A stretch of 64,000 bases of DNA from Candidatus Ratteibacteria bacterium (GCA_046296715.1 JBKBIN010000005.1:3621-67620); one strand, 5' to 3'; shown: positions 38,033 to 48,045, numbered from the stretch's first letter. The notes: generated by a model from the letters alone, not told the origin. A program made the numbers and translations.

Positions 38033-39210
38033 GTAGAACTATAAAAACATTAATTTTTCTAATTCTTGTATTTTTAGTTTTCTTCCCTTTTATAAAAATT
38101 TCTCAAAAAAGATATCTACCAAAAATAAATATAATTAATGGAGAGATTAAAGAAGGTGATATACTTGGAGATATTTTAAGATTAAAAGGAATATCAGATT
38201 ATGAAAGGGGTATGATTATTAAAAAATTAAAAGAGGTATTTGATCCAAGAAAGAGTAAAATTGGCGATACTTGGGAGATACATTTTTCAGTTGATGGCAA
38301 TTTTTTAAAGTTAAGATATTTTAGTAAGCCATTCCACTATTATATTGTTGAAAAAAAAGCGGATGAATTTACTGCCTATATTGAAGAGATAGAAAAATAT
38401 AAAAAAAATTTTATAAAAACAGGAATTCTAAATGCATCATTGTATGAAAGTATGGCAAATTTAAATATAAATCCTGAAATAATTATTCAATTTGCAGAAA
38501 TTTTTGAATCAAAGATTGATTTTTTTACTGATTGTCAGAATGGTGATAAATTTTCAATAATATGGGAAAGTTGGACAGATAAGAATGGTGAAATTTTAAA
38601 GGATATAAAGGTTATTGCAGGAAAATATGAATCAGGGAATCAGAAATATTATGCTTTCTATTTTGAAAAAGGAAATTTTAAAGGTTTTTTTGATGAAAAA
38701 GGGCAAGGGCTTGAAGGGTCATTTTTAAAAGCACCTTTGTCGTATAGAAAAATAACATCCTTTTTTTCTCATTCAAGATTTCATCCAATTTATAAAATTT
38801 ATAGACCTCATTATGGAATTGATTACTCAGCACCTATTGGAACTCCTGTTTCATCTATTGGGAACGGAACTGTCATTTTTGTTGGTTATCTTGGTGGTTA
38901 TGGAAAATGTGTAAAAATAAAACATTCAAATGGTTATATCTCTTATTATGGACATTTAAGTAAATTTGAAACGGGAATTTATAAAGGAAAGAAAGTTAAA
39001 AAAGGAGATGTTATTGGATATGTAGGTATGACTGGTATTGCAACAGGGCCTCATCTTGATTTTAGAGTCCAAAAAGATGGTAAATTTATTGATTTTTTGA
39101 AGTTGAAATTTGTTCCCGAAAAAAATATACCCGAAGAATATAAAGAAGAATTTGAGAATTTAAAAAAAACCTATTTTGAAATTTTAAACAATTCCTCTTA
39201 CACCTCGTAG
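38029..39210 (+). CDS. M23 family metallopeptidase
   Basis: HYGIDYSAPIGTPV and GMTGIATGPHLDF motifs. Confidence 0.9.
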   Translation: MSRTIKTLIFLILVFLVFFPFIKISQKRYLPKINIINGEIKEGDILGDILRLKGISDYERGMIIKKLKEVFDPRKSKIGDTWEIHFSVDGNFLKLRYFSKPFHYYIVEKKADEFTAYIEEIEKYKKNFIKTGILNASLYESMANLNINPEIIIQFAEIFESKIDFFTDCQNGDKFSIIWESWTDKNGEILKDIKVIAGKYESGNQKYYAFYFEKGNFKGFFDEKGQGLEGSFLKAPLSYRKITSFFSHSRFHPIYKIYRPHYGIDYSAPIGTPVSSIGNGTVIFVGYLGGYGKCVKIKHSNGYISYYGHLSKFETGIYKGKKVKKGDVIGYVGMTGIATGPHLDFRVQKDGKFIDFLKLKFVPEKNIPEEYKEEFENLKKTYFEILNNSSYTS

Positions 39211-39265
39211 GTGTTAGTGGGAGATGAAAGAGGGTCAATGGTTTTGGCGATCCATAAATTTTAAT
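39198..39265 (+). repeat. Copy B of the ~70-nt GC-enriched element
   Basis: TTACACCT-CGT-AGGTG hairpin, GTGGGA, GGGTC..GATCC stem, TTGGCGATC, AAATTTTAAT. It overlaps the last four sense codons and the stop of the M23 peptidase gene. Confidence 0.5.
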
Positions 39266-39311
39266 TGGAAATCTTGAATATTGTTAAAAAATAAAATATA
39301 ATTTTAAAAAA

Positions 39312-39396
39312 GCCGGGATGGCGGAATGGAAGACGCAACGGACTTAAAATCCGTTGGGAGCTTGCTCCCGTGAGGGTTCGACTCCCTCTCCCGGCA
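39312..39396 (+). tRNA. tRNA-Leu (anticodon UAA)
   Basis: Acceptor GCCGGGA/TCCCGGC, anticodon arm ACGGA-CTTAAAA-TCCGT, long variable arm, T arm GAGGG-TTCGACT-CCCTC. Confidence 0.9.
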
Positions 39397-39439
39397 TCTT
39401 TGTTTTGAATAACCAGTAAGTAAAGTCGGACTTTGAAGA

Positions 39440-40373
39440 TTAAATTTCTCTTAATTTATTTAAAAATTCCTTTTCAACTTCATCTAATTGAGTAAAAAGC
39501 CGTTTTTCTGTTAGATCAAAAGAGCGTCTGGGAATTCTATCAATTGAAGAAGTATTTCTCTGGTCTCCATTATGGAAACACCATCCAGCAGCACCATTTT
39601 CTTTTGCACCAAGGAAATCATCTAAAAAATCTGAAAGTTCTGGTTCCCAGTCCTTATTAAATCCTCTACGAAATGGTTCTTGATATAGCAATGACACAAT
39701 CTTTCCTATTTCTTCCATCATCTTATAATACTTCCTTGTAATTTTCCCTGTTTCTTTTGGAGAATTAGGATTTCTTGGGCGATGAATTGCAAGAAAATCA
39801 ACGCCAGTATATAAAATGTATTTAGCCATAGTTTCTATATCCATATCTCCTGAATGTGAAGCAGTGATTAGCAGGTCAGGATTTAATTTTTTAATTTCAT
39901 CTCTTATTACTTTTAAATCTTCAAAACTTACATATCTCTGATTTTTTAAGTTTCTTTCGTTAGCAAGATCTATATAATAGTTTTTAAAATCTTTTAAATT
40001 TTTTATAAGGTTTAAACAAGCATTTAAATGGGACTCTAAGTTTTTAAATCTGGGAATACCAACAATTTCATCCTGTCTTGAAAAAGTTATGTCAACTATT
40101 ATACCAATTTTATAGCATTCATTCAGTATAAATTTAAGACGGGAGAAAAATGGTTCTCTTAAATTTCCTTGATTGTCAACACACGATATATCTTTTCCAA
40201 ATCCATTCCATGTCGCCCAAACTCTTATCCAGTTAAAATTGTATTTTTTTTATATCTTGCAAATCTTCCGAAATAAATCCTTCCTGAGCACCACATCCAG
40301 CAAAATAGCTTATCCCAAGTAAAAAAACAGATTTACTGTTAATTTTAAAAAAATCTTTCTCAATCCCAAGCAT
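39440..40373 (-). pseudogene. GH5-like (clan GH-A TIM-barrel) glycoside hydrolase, frame broken at a T8 (coding-strand A8) run
   Basis: From the ATG at 40371-40373: MLGIEKDFFKINSKSVFLLGISYFAGCGAQEGFISEDLQDIKK, then a stop. The adjacent frame continues YNFNWIRVWATWNGFG...DLANERN...SHSGDMDIETMAKY into ORF 39440-39844. Removing one A from the run at 40244-40251 restores a 310-aa protein. Confidence 0.6.
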
Positions 40374-40419
40374 TTGACCTTTTTTAGAATTATAATTTAA
40401 TTTTGATAAAAAATAAAAT

Positions 40420-41508
40420 TTATTCAGGTGTTTTTAAAAAATAGAATTTTTGAAAAAAATAAAGCATCAAAACAAAAAGACCAGTTAGAATAAATCCTTC
40501 TGAAATCCCAAAGATATTACTAAGAAAACCAATAAAAATGGGACCGGTAAACCATCCAAAACCGATAGTTGTTTCATTAAATTCTGTTGAATATCCCTTT
40601 TTAGCGATTTCAGAGAATACAAGTTTGAAGGAAAGAGCAGAACTAATCCCAAGTATTGAAACAGATATAAAATGTAAAATAGAGGTTTTGATAATACCAG
40701 TAATCAATATTGAAGACCCTGCAATTGAATAAGAAAAAAATAATTCTTTTTCTCCTGGTTTTAAATTTAATCTACTTAAAATCAAAAAAGTTAAAAATCT
40801 TACAGTTAAAAGAGAACCTATTATATTGCTTATTGTTATTGTTGAATATCCTATCTCTCTGGCAAGTTTTGGGAAAAGATAAAGTATTGCAGATAGACAA
40901 AAGAAATTTAAGGTATTTGCAAGAACATATTTTTTAAATTCCTTGTCAAATTTTTTTCTTGTTTTGAATTTTTCTGGTAGATTTTTATAAAATTTGAGAA
41001 ATTTTTCAAAATACAAGATATTTAATAAAAAGCATAAAGAAGAAAGGACTCCACAAACAAAAAATGGTAGAGTTTCATTTATTTTAAAGAAAATTCCTGA
41101 TATAAAAACACCACCAACAACTCCTAAAGCCCAGAAAATATTGTATTTATCAATTTCATTTATACCAACAAATAAAGATTGAACAGATGGCCAGAATCTA
41201 CTGTAAAAAATACTGTTTAAAGTTATAAATAAAAGAAAAAATTTAAATTTATTTAAAAATGGCATGGAAAAATAAATAATTCCTATTGGAAGGCAGACAA
41301 AAATAAACCAAGGAAAATGTTTTTTAAAGTTTAATTTATAGGAAATGAAAAGAGAAAGAGTATAAAAAAAACTGCTTAAAAACCCAGTAATCCCAAGCAT
41401 TAAAGGAGTTGCTGAAAATTTAGAAATTATATATAATGGGATAGAAATATTACTTATATAAAGGGCAAAAGAAATTAAAAAAGTTGTAAAACAAAGAAGA
41501 AGTATCAT
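40420..41508 (-). CDS. MFS transporter
   Basis: 362 aa, about 10-12 TM helices. The family call comes from topology only. Confidence 0.6.
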   Translation of the reverse strand: MILLLCFTTFLISFALYISNISIPLYIISKFSATPLMLGITGFLSSFFYTLSLFISYKLNFKKHFPWFIFVCLPIGIIYFSMPFLNKFKFFLLFITLNSIFYSRFWPSVQSLFVGINEIDKYNIFWALGVVGGVFISGIFFKINETLPFFVCGVLSSLCFLLNILYFEKFLKFYKNLPEKFKTRKKFDKEFKKYVLANTLNFFCLSAILYLFPKLAREIGYSTITISNIIGSLLTVRFLTFLILSRLNLKPGEKELFFSYSIAGSSILITGIIKTSILHFISVSILGISSALSFKLVFSEIAKKGYSTEFNETTIGFGWFTGPIFIGFLSNIFGISEGFILTGLFVLMLYFFQKFYFLKTPE

Positions 41509-41515
41509 TTAAGTT

Positions 41516-42871
41516 TTATTTTGAATTCAAAACATATCTTGATAAAATTTCAAATAATTCATCTTCTAAAGATTTTTTTCTTCCAGCAAGATTTTCAGTC
41601 TCATAAGGGTCGTTTTTAAGGTCAAATAAAAATAAACAATCTTTATCTTTATCAAATACACCTTTATAATTTTCAGTTCTTACCATATATTGAAACATAT
41701 CAAAATCAAATATCTCACTTAATGCAAAATTTCTCTTTTTTTCTTCAAAAAGATTTTCGCCAACTGCTCTTTCTGATTTTTTTATGCCAAGTCCATAAAG
41801 AAGTGTAGGGAAAACATCAATAATTTCAACAATTTTTTCTGAATTTTTTCTTAAATGTTCATTTTTATCTGGCCATTTTATAATTAAAGGGATTTTAACA
41901 CTCTGCTCATAAAAAACTTTTTTATATAATAAATTATGGTCTCCAAGCATTTCTCCATGGTCAGACCAAAGGATTATTATAAGTTGGTCAGGTGGTCTTT
42001 TTTCATAATATGTTTTTAAAATTTCTCCTATCCAGTAATCAACAAGAGAAATTTTACCATAATAACATGCTCTTATCTTTCTAATTATTTCAGAATTAAG
42101 TCCTCTAAAAATTTCTCTTTGTTTTTCCATTATTTTTTTAGTTTTGTGTGGCAATTTCCCATCTATTTTTTCTTCTTTGATTTCTTCAGGCATGTCTTCA
42201 GGTAAATACATTTTTGCAAACCTACCAGGCGGATCCCATGGTTCATGAGGAGAAGGAAAACCAACAAAAAGACATAATGGCTTATCAAAACTATATTCTT
42301 TTAAAAATTCACATGCTTTTTTCCCAACATAACTGTCAAGATAATCTTCTTCTGGTAGAGGGCTTGGACGTGTTGAAAATTTGTCTCTTTTCCTATAATC
42401 TTCTCTAAATATTTCAAGTAGACCTTTTTCTTTCAAATAATCTGTCATATATGAATCAGTTTTAACTGTTGCATGAGGACCAGTTGTTTCATGAACATAA
42501 TCAATTCCTCTTTTTTTCATATAATCTTCCATTATTTTCATATGGAAATTTTTATGTTCATAAAAATGGGATTTACCAATATAGGCAATAAACCAGCCAT
42601 TTTTTTGTAAGTGATGGAAAAAAGTTTCATCTTCTGCAGGTAAAGAACCTCTATTTTGCCAAATTGTGTGTTGATGAGGATAAAGACCACTTACAAATGA
42701 GGCTCTTGCTGGCATACATAAAGGGGAGACAGTGTAAGCATTCTTAAATACAACACCTTCTTTAGCGATTTTATCAATATTCGGTGTTTTAATTATTTTA
42801 TTCCCATATGCTCCAATACAATCACTTCTTAACTGGTCAGGCATAAAAATAATAATATCCTTTTTGTCCAT
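41516..42871 (-). CDS. Sulfatase (formylglycine-dependent)
   Basis: SPLCMPARASFVSG matches the C-x-P-x-R formylglycine motif. N-terminal MPDQLR also fits. Confidence 0.9.
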   Translation of the reverse strand: MDKKDIIIFMPDQLRSDCIGAYGNKIIKTPNIDKIAKEGVVFKNAYTVSPLCMPARASFVSGLYPHQHTIWQNRGSLPAEDETFFHHLQKNGWFIAYIGKSHFYEHKNFHMKIMEDYMKKRGIDYVHETTGPHATVKTDSYMTDYLKEKGLLEIFREDYRKRDKFSTRPSPLPEEDYLDSYVGKKACEFLKEYSFDKPLCLFVGFPSPHEPWDPPGRFAKMYLPEDMPEEIKEEKIDGKLPHKTKKIMEKQREIFRGLNSEIIRKIRACYYGKISLVDYWIGEILKTYYEKRPPDQLIIILWSDHGEMLGDHNLLYKKVFYEQSVKIPLIIKWPDKNEHLRKNSEKIVEIIDVFPTLLYGLGIKKSERAVGENLFEEKKRNFALSEIFDFDMFQYMVRTENYKGVFDKDKDCLFLFDLKNDPYETENLAGRKKSLEDELFEILSRYVLNSK

Positions 42872-42886
42872 TTCTTTATTGATTTT

Positions 42887-43666
42887 TTAAAAATTTACTG
42901 AGGCCAGTTTCAAATATGCTTCAAAAAGGACTTTATAATATCTTAAAAATCTTTCTGGTTCAGGATTTGATAGTATTTCTGCAAGACAGAAGTTTTTAAA
43001 GTTTATACTTTTAAGTAATCTGAATAATTCAAGCCATGGATAATTATTACAAAGTTCATTAATATGGACTATATCAATTTTATCTTTTAAAAGATTAAAA
43101 TTTTTTTCAATTGAGCCTGTTTCATCCAAGTCATCTGGCATATTTGAGTTCCAACATACATAACAATTAGGGTGGTCTGCTATATCAATAATCTGTTTTA
43201 TATATACAGGCTTTGCTATTTCTCTTCCATGGACTTCTAATCTAATTTTTATTCCATAATCATAAGCAAATGATGAAACTTCTCTTAATGCCTTTCCTAT
43301 CTGTTCAATTGTTTTTTCTTTTGGTACACCTTCAGGGAAAGCATTTGGTCTAACCTTTATACCTTCTGCTCCTATATCTTTTGCCAAAATTACATATTCT
43401 TTTGTCCCTTCTATATTTTTCTCTAATACTTCTTTATCAGGACTGTGATATTCAAAGATTGTTCCAAGACCTACAAGTTTTACTTTTGAATTTTCAAATT
43501 TTTTTCTAACTTCTTCTCTCTCTTTTTTTGTTAAATTTGATTCTACTTTGTGTTTGTGCTGAGTTCTTAGTTCTACTCCTTCATATCCAAGTTCTTCACA
43601 TTTTTTTATAATAGTATCTAAATCCCATTCTGCTGCAATCATATAGGTTACAATTCCAAGTTTCAT
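42887..43666 (-). CDS. Sugar phosphate isomerase/epimerase (xylose isomerase-like TIM barrel)
   Basis: 259 aa with the typical GYEGVEL...E..H pattern. Confidence 0.75.
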   Translation of the reverse strand: MKLGIVTYMIAAEWDLDTIIKKCEELGYEGVELRTQHKHKVESNLTKKEREEVRKKFENSKVKLVGLGTIFEYHSPDKEVLEKNIEGTKEYVILAKDIGAEGIKVRPNAFPEGVPKEKTIEQIGKALREVSSFAYDYGIKIRLEVHGREIAKPVYIKQIIDIADHPNCYVCWNSNMPDDLDETGSIEKNFNLLKDKIDIVHINELCNNYPWLELFRLLKSINFKNFCLAEILSNPEPERFLRYYKVLFEAYLKLASVNF

Positions 43667-43678
43667 TTCCCCTCCTTT

Positions 43679-44695
43679 TTAAAAATCAATTATTTCCTCT
43701 TTTTCTATTGATTCAATCATTTTTTCTATTATTTTTACATTAATTAATCCATCTTCAGGTTTAATTATAGGTTGTTTATTCTCATATATACAATCAATAA
43801 AATGTTGAATGGGCAAAGAAGCAAATCCAAAGGGTTTATTATCAACTGGTGTATAACCTGGTAAAAATGGAAAGAGGGTTTGATTTTTTATATCAGAAGA
43901 TATTTTATTTATAGATTCATTGAAATCACACACTAATCTACCTTTGCTCCCTTCGAGTTTAAAATAAAAGTCAACAAGTGCTGGCCAGGATTCTGGTATA
44001 ATCCAGGAAGTTTCTAATGTTGCATAAAATTTACCAAAATCTAAGACAGCAGTCACTGAATCATATGTGTCAACTCCATAACTTGAAAGAACTCCTTTTT
44101 TACCAACAGCATAGATTTTTTTAGGTAAAGATTTTGAAAACCATATAACAAGATCAACAATATGGGGAAATAAGAACCAGTGTGGTCCAGATTTACCAGA
44201 CCATGTAAACCATTTTAAAGGAACATCAATTCTATCACTCAATCTTGAATAGATAAATGATATTTCTCCAACTTCTCCTTTATCAAAACTTTCTTTTAAA
44301 TTTACAAAATATGGATTAAATCTATTATGGAAGTCAGTCATAAGGATTTTTTTAGATAGATTGGACTGTTTTACCATTTCTTCTGCATCTTTTAAACTTG
44401 TTGCCATCGGTTTTTCTACAAGAACATTTTTTCCCTTTTTTAACATTTCACAAACTATATCTTTATGAGCAAAATCAGGAGTTGCTACAGAAACTGCTTG
44501 AATTTCTTTGTCTTCTGCAATTTCTTTGTAATCTTTCGTATATCTTACATTATATTTTTCACTTATTTCTTTTGCTCTCTTTTCATTTATATCACAAATT
44601 TTTACAAGTTCTGCTTTTTCATATGTTTTATAAGTATGAACATGTATTTCTCCAAAAATTCCAGTTCCAATAACTGCACATTTTACTTTTTCCAA
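43679..44695 (-). CDS. Gfo/Idh/MocA family oxidoreductase
   Basis: N-terminal Rossmann motif KCAVIGTGIFG and the EKP motif (VLVEKPMA). Confidence 0.85.
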   Translation of the reverse strand: MEKVKCAVIGTGIFGEIHVHTYKTYEKAELVKICDINEKRAKEISEKYNVRYTKDYKEIAEDKEIQAVSVATPDFAHKDIVCEMLKKGKNVLVEKPMATSLKDAEEMVKQSNLSKKILMTDFHNRFNPYFVNLKESFDKGEVGEISFIYSRLSDRIDVPLKWFTWSGKSGPHWFLFPHIVDLVIWFSKSLPKKIYAVGKKGVLSSYGVDTYDSVTAVLDFGKFYATLETSWIIPESWPALVDFYFKLEGSKGRLVCDFNESINKISSDIKNQTLFPFLPGYTPVDNKPFGFASLPIQHFIDCIYENKQPIIKPEDGLINVKIIEKMIESIEKEEIIDF

Positions 44696-44791
44696 CTTAT
44701 TTCCTTTTTAGTTGTTTTTGATTATAAAATTTTTATAAGGAGATGTCAATTTAAACTTGACATTTTAAAAATAAAAAAGAAAATTAAAAGT

Positions 44792-46648
44792 ATGAGAAAA
44801 AAGAGCTTAGAAAAAATTGAAAAAGCGATTGAATATATTGGGAAGTTAAATAATACAAAAATTGTTAAGGAACTTTCGTGGAGTTGGAATCCTTTTTGTG
44901 AAAGTTATAGATATTTTGACTATTCTAAAAGTGAGGAATATAAAGCAAAAATTACAAGAAACAAGCATATTATTGTAAGGATTTATCCTAAAAAAATTGG
45001 AAAGACCCAGAGTTTTAACGGAAAGAAAGAATATATAATATTTGGAGAAAAAGTTTACAGAAAAACAGATATGGAGATAGTTTCTAATTTTATTCTTGAA
45101 TTTTTAAAAAAGAGGAATTTTGTTTTAGATAATGTTGTTTTAAAAATAAAAAATGAAAAAAGAATTGAAATAATGTTTGATAATCATATAGCAGAAATAG
45201 AAGTTATAAGAACAAAACCAAATTTTGAGTTTATCTTAAAGGATAAAGAATCTGAAAGGCCTTATTTTTGTTCGCCTAATCATCAATATATTTTTAAAGT
45301 TAAAAGCAATATTGAAGTGGATAAAAATCAAGAAATTTTGATTGATTATGAAGAAAGTGAAATTGCAACAACTGGTAACTCTCCTATTGCTTTGATAAAG
45401 AAGGCAATATACGGTTTTGGTAGTTATAATTTAAGAGGTTTTTATTCAGACGAAGGACTTTTTCCTGAAGTTAAACATGGTATAAGACAAATAGTTTATG
45501 GGAATCTTGCAGGTAGTATTGTAGGAGCAAGTGTTTTTGTTAGGGTTGCAGAGAGATTAAAAGGTAATACATGGTATACACTTGCTTCTGGGATTTTGGC
45601 TTTTATAAGAGCTCCTGCTGAAGTATATTTTATGAAAAAATCATTAAAACTTACTGAAAATTTTCCATCATCACTTGTGCAAAAATTTTTTGAAAAAGGA
45701 AAGATTAAAGAAATTTATGAGAGTAAAGAAATTAGGACATGGAGAAATTTTGAAAGGGAAATTTTCAATATTTTGAAAAATAAGCAAGATTTTATATCTC
45801 TTGCAGAAAAATATTCAAATATAAAATTTCAGATTTATAAACTTGTTGAAAAACAGAAAATAGAAGAAATTTACAGGATGCTAAAAGATGAGTTTAACAT
45901 GTCTTTTGAAGAATTGGAAAAGATTAAATATTTTGTAATGCATTTGAAAACTATAGATACTGAAAGAATTATTGAAGAAATCAAGAAAGAAATAAATGGT
46001 CTATATGAGAAAAAAATTTTGAAAATTGGAGGAGAATATATGTTTTTTAAATATATTGATGAAATATTTAAAGAAAATTTGATAAGATTGCCTGTTAATA
46101 AAGCATTTAAGTTTTTAAATGACAGATTGAAAGATGAAGAAAGAGAACCAACCAAAGAGGAAGTTTCAAATTTTATAAGTATATCAAAAAGAAGGATTGA
46201 ACCATTTAGATTTCTTGATTTATTTACTTTTTTCTCTTTATTTATTATGGGATATCTTGCAACTTTTTTAAAAGGATTAAAGGATATGACAATTCTAATT
46301 TATTACATTTTTTATGGAGCAATATCAAATATAATTGTTGCAGCTGTTACAAGATATGGTGGACAAGTAGGACTCCAATATTTGTTTAAAGGACTTGAAA
46401 ATGCTCCAAATATAACAAGTGCTGCTGATGCTTGGAATGAATATAATTCACACATTATGAGATTATGGGCTGTCTTTTCATCACTTGGTATGATAATAGG
46501 AATTTTAGGCAAGGTTTTTTCAGATTTGACAAAAGGTTTTTCAAGATATTTTGTTGAAGGTGTTGCTTTAATTTTATATGTAATGGCTATAAGAGAATGG
46601 TTTTTATATTATCAAAATTTAGAACAAAGAAGTAAAATTGGAGAGTAA
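44792..46648 (+). CDS. Orphan 618-aa membrane protein, no recognisable domain
   Basis: The ORF-track start at 44465 runs antisense through the oxidoreductase gene. The first plausible start is the ATG at 44792, which has a weak SD. The protein has a soluble N-terminal ~200 aa, a hydrophobic pair near aa 235-280, a coiled-coil-like middle and 3-4 C-terminal TM helices. Confidence 0.6.
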   Translation: MRKKSLEKIEKAIEYIGKLNNTKIVKELSWSWNPFCESYRYFDYSKSEEYKAKITRNKHIIVRIYPKKIGKTQSFNGKKEYIIFGEKVYRKTDMEIVSNFILEFLKKRNFVLDNVVLKIKNEKRIEIMFDNHIAEIEVIRTKPNFEFILKDKESERPYFCSPNHQYIFKVKSNIEVDKNQEILIDYEESEIATTGNSPIALIKKAIYGFGSYNLRGFYSDEGLFPEVKHGIRQIVYGNLAGSIVGASVFVRVAERLKGNTWYTLASGILAFIRAPAEVYFMKKSLKLTENFPSSLVQKFFEKGKIKEIYESKEIRTWRNFEREIFNILKNKQDFISLAEKYSNIKFQIYKLVEKQKIEEIYRMLKDEFNMSFEELEKIKYFVMHLKTIDTERIIEEIKKEINGLYEKKILKIGGEYMFFKYIDEIFKENLIRLPVNKAFKFLNDRLKDEEREPTKEEVSNFISISKRRIEPFRFLDLFTFFSLFIMGYLATFLKGLKDMTILIYYIFYGAISNIIVAAVTRYGGQVGLQYLFKGLENAPNITSAADAWNEYNSHIMRLWAVFSSLGMIIGILGKVFSDLTKGFSRYFVEGVALILYVMAIREWFLYYQNLEQRSKIGE

Positions 46649-46649
46649 A

Positions 46650-47066
46650 ATGGGAAAATTAAAGAGATTTGGTGTCTCAATGGAAGAGGGTTTGTTAAAA
46701 AAATTTGATAATTTTATTAAAAGACAGAAATATAAAAATAGGTCAGAGGCGATAAGAGATATTATAAGGGAAAAGTTTGTTGAACAAGAATGGGAAAGAG
46801 GAAAAGATGTAGTCGGATGTATTGTAATTGTTTATGAGCATGATGTAAGAGAAATTGTGGATAGAATAATAGATATCCAGCATAAATTTTCGTCTTATAT
46901 TATATCTTCTCAACATATTCATATGGATGAAGAAAATTGCATGGAGATAATTGTTGTTAAGGGGGATGTGGAGAAAATAGAAGAGTTATATTTTTCGTTG
47001 AAATCCCTTAAAGGAGTTAAGTATTCTAAGGTAACAAAAGCGACTACAGGTAAAAGAATAGAATGA
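46650..47066 (+). CDS. nikR: Nickel-responsive regulator NikR
   Basis: Ribbon-helix-helix N-terminus (RFGVSMEEGLLKKFD...RSEAIRDII). The C-terminal domain has YEH and HIHMDEENC (H-x-H-x5-C nickel ligands). Confidence 0.85.
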   Translation: MGKLKRFGVSMEEGLLKKFDNFIKRQKYKNRSEAIRDIIREKFVEQEWERGKDVVGCIVIVYEHDVREIVDRIIDIQHKFSSYIISSQHIHMDEENCMEIIVVKGDVEKIEELYFSLKSLKGVKYSKVTKATTGKRIE

Positions 47067-48019
47067 GAATTATCTTAACTGGTGGAGCAGGTTTTATCGG
47101 AAGTTGTTTTCTTGATTACTTAAATAGAAAAGGGATAAAAGAGATAGTTGTTGTTGATCATATAAATCAAGAGAAAAAGAAAAATATAGAGAATAAAAAA
47201 TTTAAGGAGTATTATGATAAGGATGAATTCCTACTAAAAATTGAAAAAAAATTTGATAAAAATTTTGATTTCTTAATTCATCTTGGCGCATGCACAAATA
47301 CAAGAGAAACTAATATTGAATATGTCATAAGAAATAATTTTATCTACTCAAAAAAACTTGCTCTTTTCTGTCTTGAGAATGATATTGAATTTATTTATGC
47401 TTCATCTGCTGCAACATATGGAAAAGAAGAAAAAAATTTCTCAGATGATGAGAATAACATTGAAAATTTAGTTCCTTTAAATCTTTACGGACTTTCAAAA
47501 AATCTTTTTGATATATGGGTTGTCTTAAATAAATTTCATAATAATTTTGTTGGACTAAAATTTTTTAATGTTTATGGACCAAACGAAAAACATAAGGGAG
47601 AAATGAAAAGTGTAATTTCAAAAGGATATGAACAGATAAAATATACAGATAAAATAAGATTGTTTAAATCATATAGAGAAGATTATAAAGATGGGGAACA
47701 AAAAAGGGATTTTATTTATGTGATGGATGTTTGTGATGTTATTTGGTTTTTTATTGAGAATAGAAAGAAAAAGGGCATTTACAATGTAGGAACAGGAAAG
47801 GCAAGAAGTTTTAATGAATTGGCTAAAATTTTATTTAAATATCTAAACAAAAGAGAAAATATTGAGTATATTGATATGCCGGACGACATTAAAGATAAAT
47901 ATCAGTATTTCACACAGGCAAATATTGAAAAGTTAAGAAAAGCAGGGTACAGAAAAGATTTTTTAGATTTGGAAGAAGGAATAAAAGAGTTTATATCAGT
48001 TATTTTGCTTGAAAAATAG
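47063..48019 (+). CDS. hldD: ADP-L-glycero-D-manno-heptose 6-epimerase
   Basis: TGGAGFIGS Rossmann motif, SDR-type YGLSK, 318 aa, overall HldD-like layout. Confidence 0.8.
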   Translation: MRIILTGGAGFIGSCFLDYLNRKGIKEIVVVDHINQEKKKNIENKKFKEYYDKDEFLLKIEKKFDKNFDFLIHLGACTNTRETNIEYVIRNNFIYSKKLALFCLENDIEFIYASSAATYGKEEKNFSDDENNIENLVPLNLYGLSKNLFDIWVVLNKFHNNFVGLKFFNVYGPNEKHKGEMKSVISKGYEQIKYTDKIRLFKSYREDYKDGEQKRDFIYVMDVCDVIWFFIENRKKKGIYNVGTGKARSFNELAKILFKYLNKRENIEYIDMPDDIKDKYQYFTQANIEKLRKAGYRKDFLDLEEGIKEFISVILLEK

Positions 48020-48045
48020 AGATAATTCAATTATTATATTATAAA

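Noticed and set aside
44743-44763. ATGTCAA-N7-TTGACAT palindrome considered as a confident NikR operator
   Set aside because: A 7-bp IR is expected many times by chance in AT-rich DNA, and it does not match the NikR operator consensus sequences I know. I kept it only as a side note in the nikR finding.
44465-44791. N-terminal 109 codons of the 727-aa ORF-track model
   Set aside because: This part overlaps the Gfo/Idh/MocA gene on the opposite strand and crosses the intergenic promoter region. Its translation is low-complexity (FFVFCNFFVIF...). I trimmed the model to the ATG at 44792.
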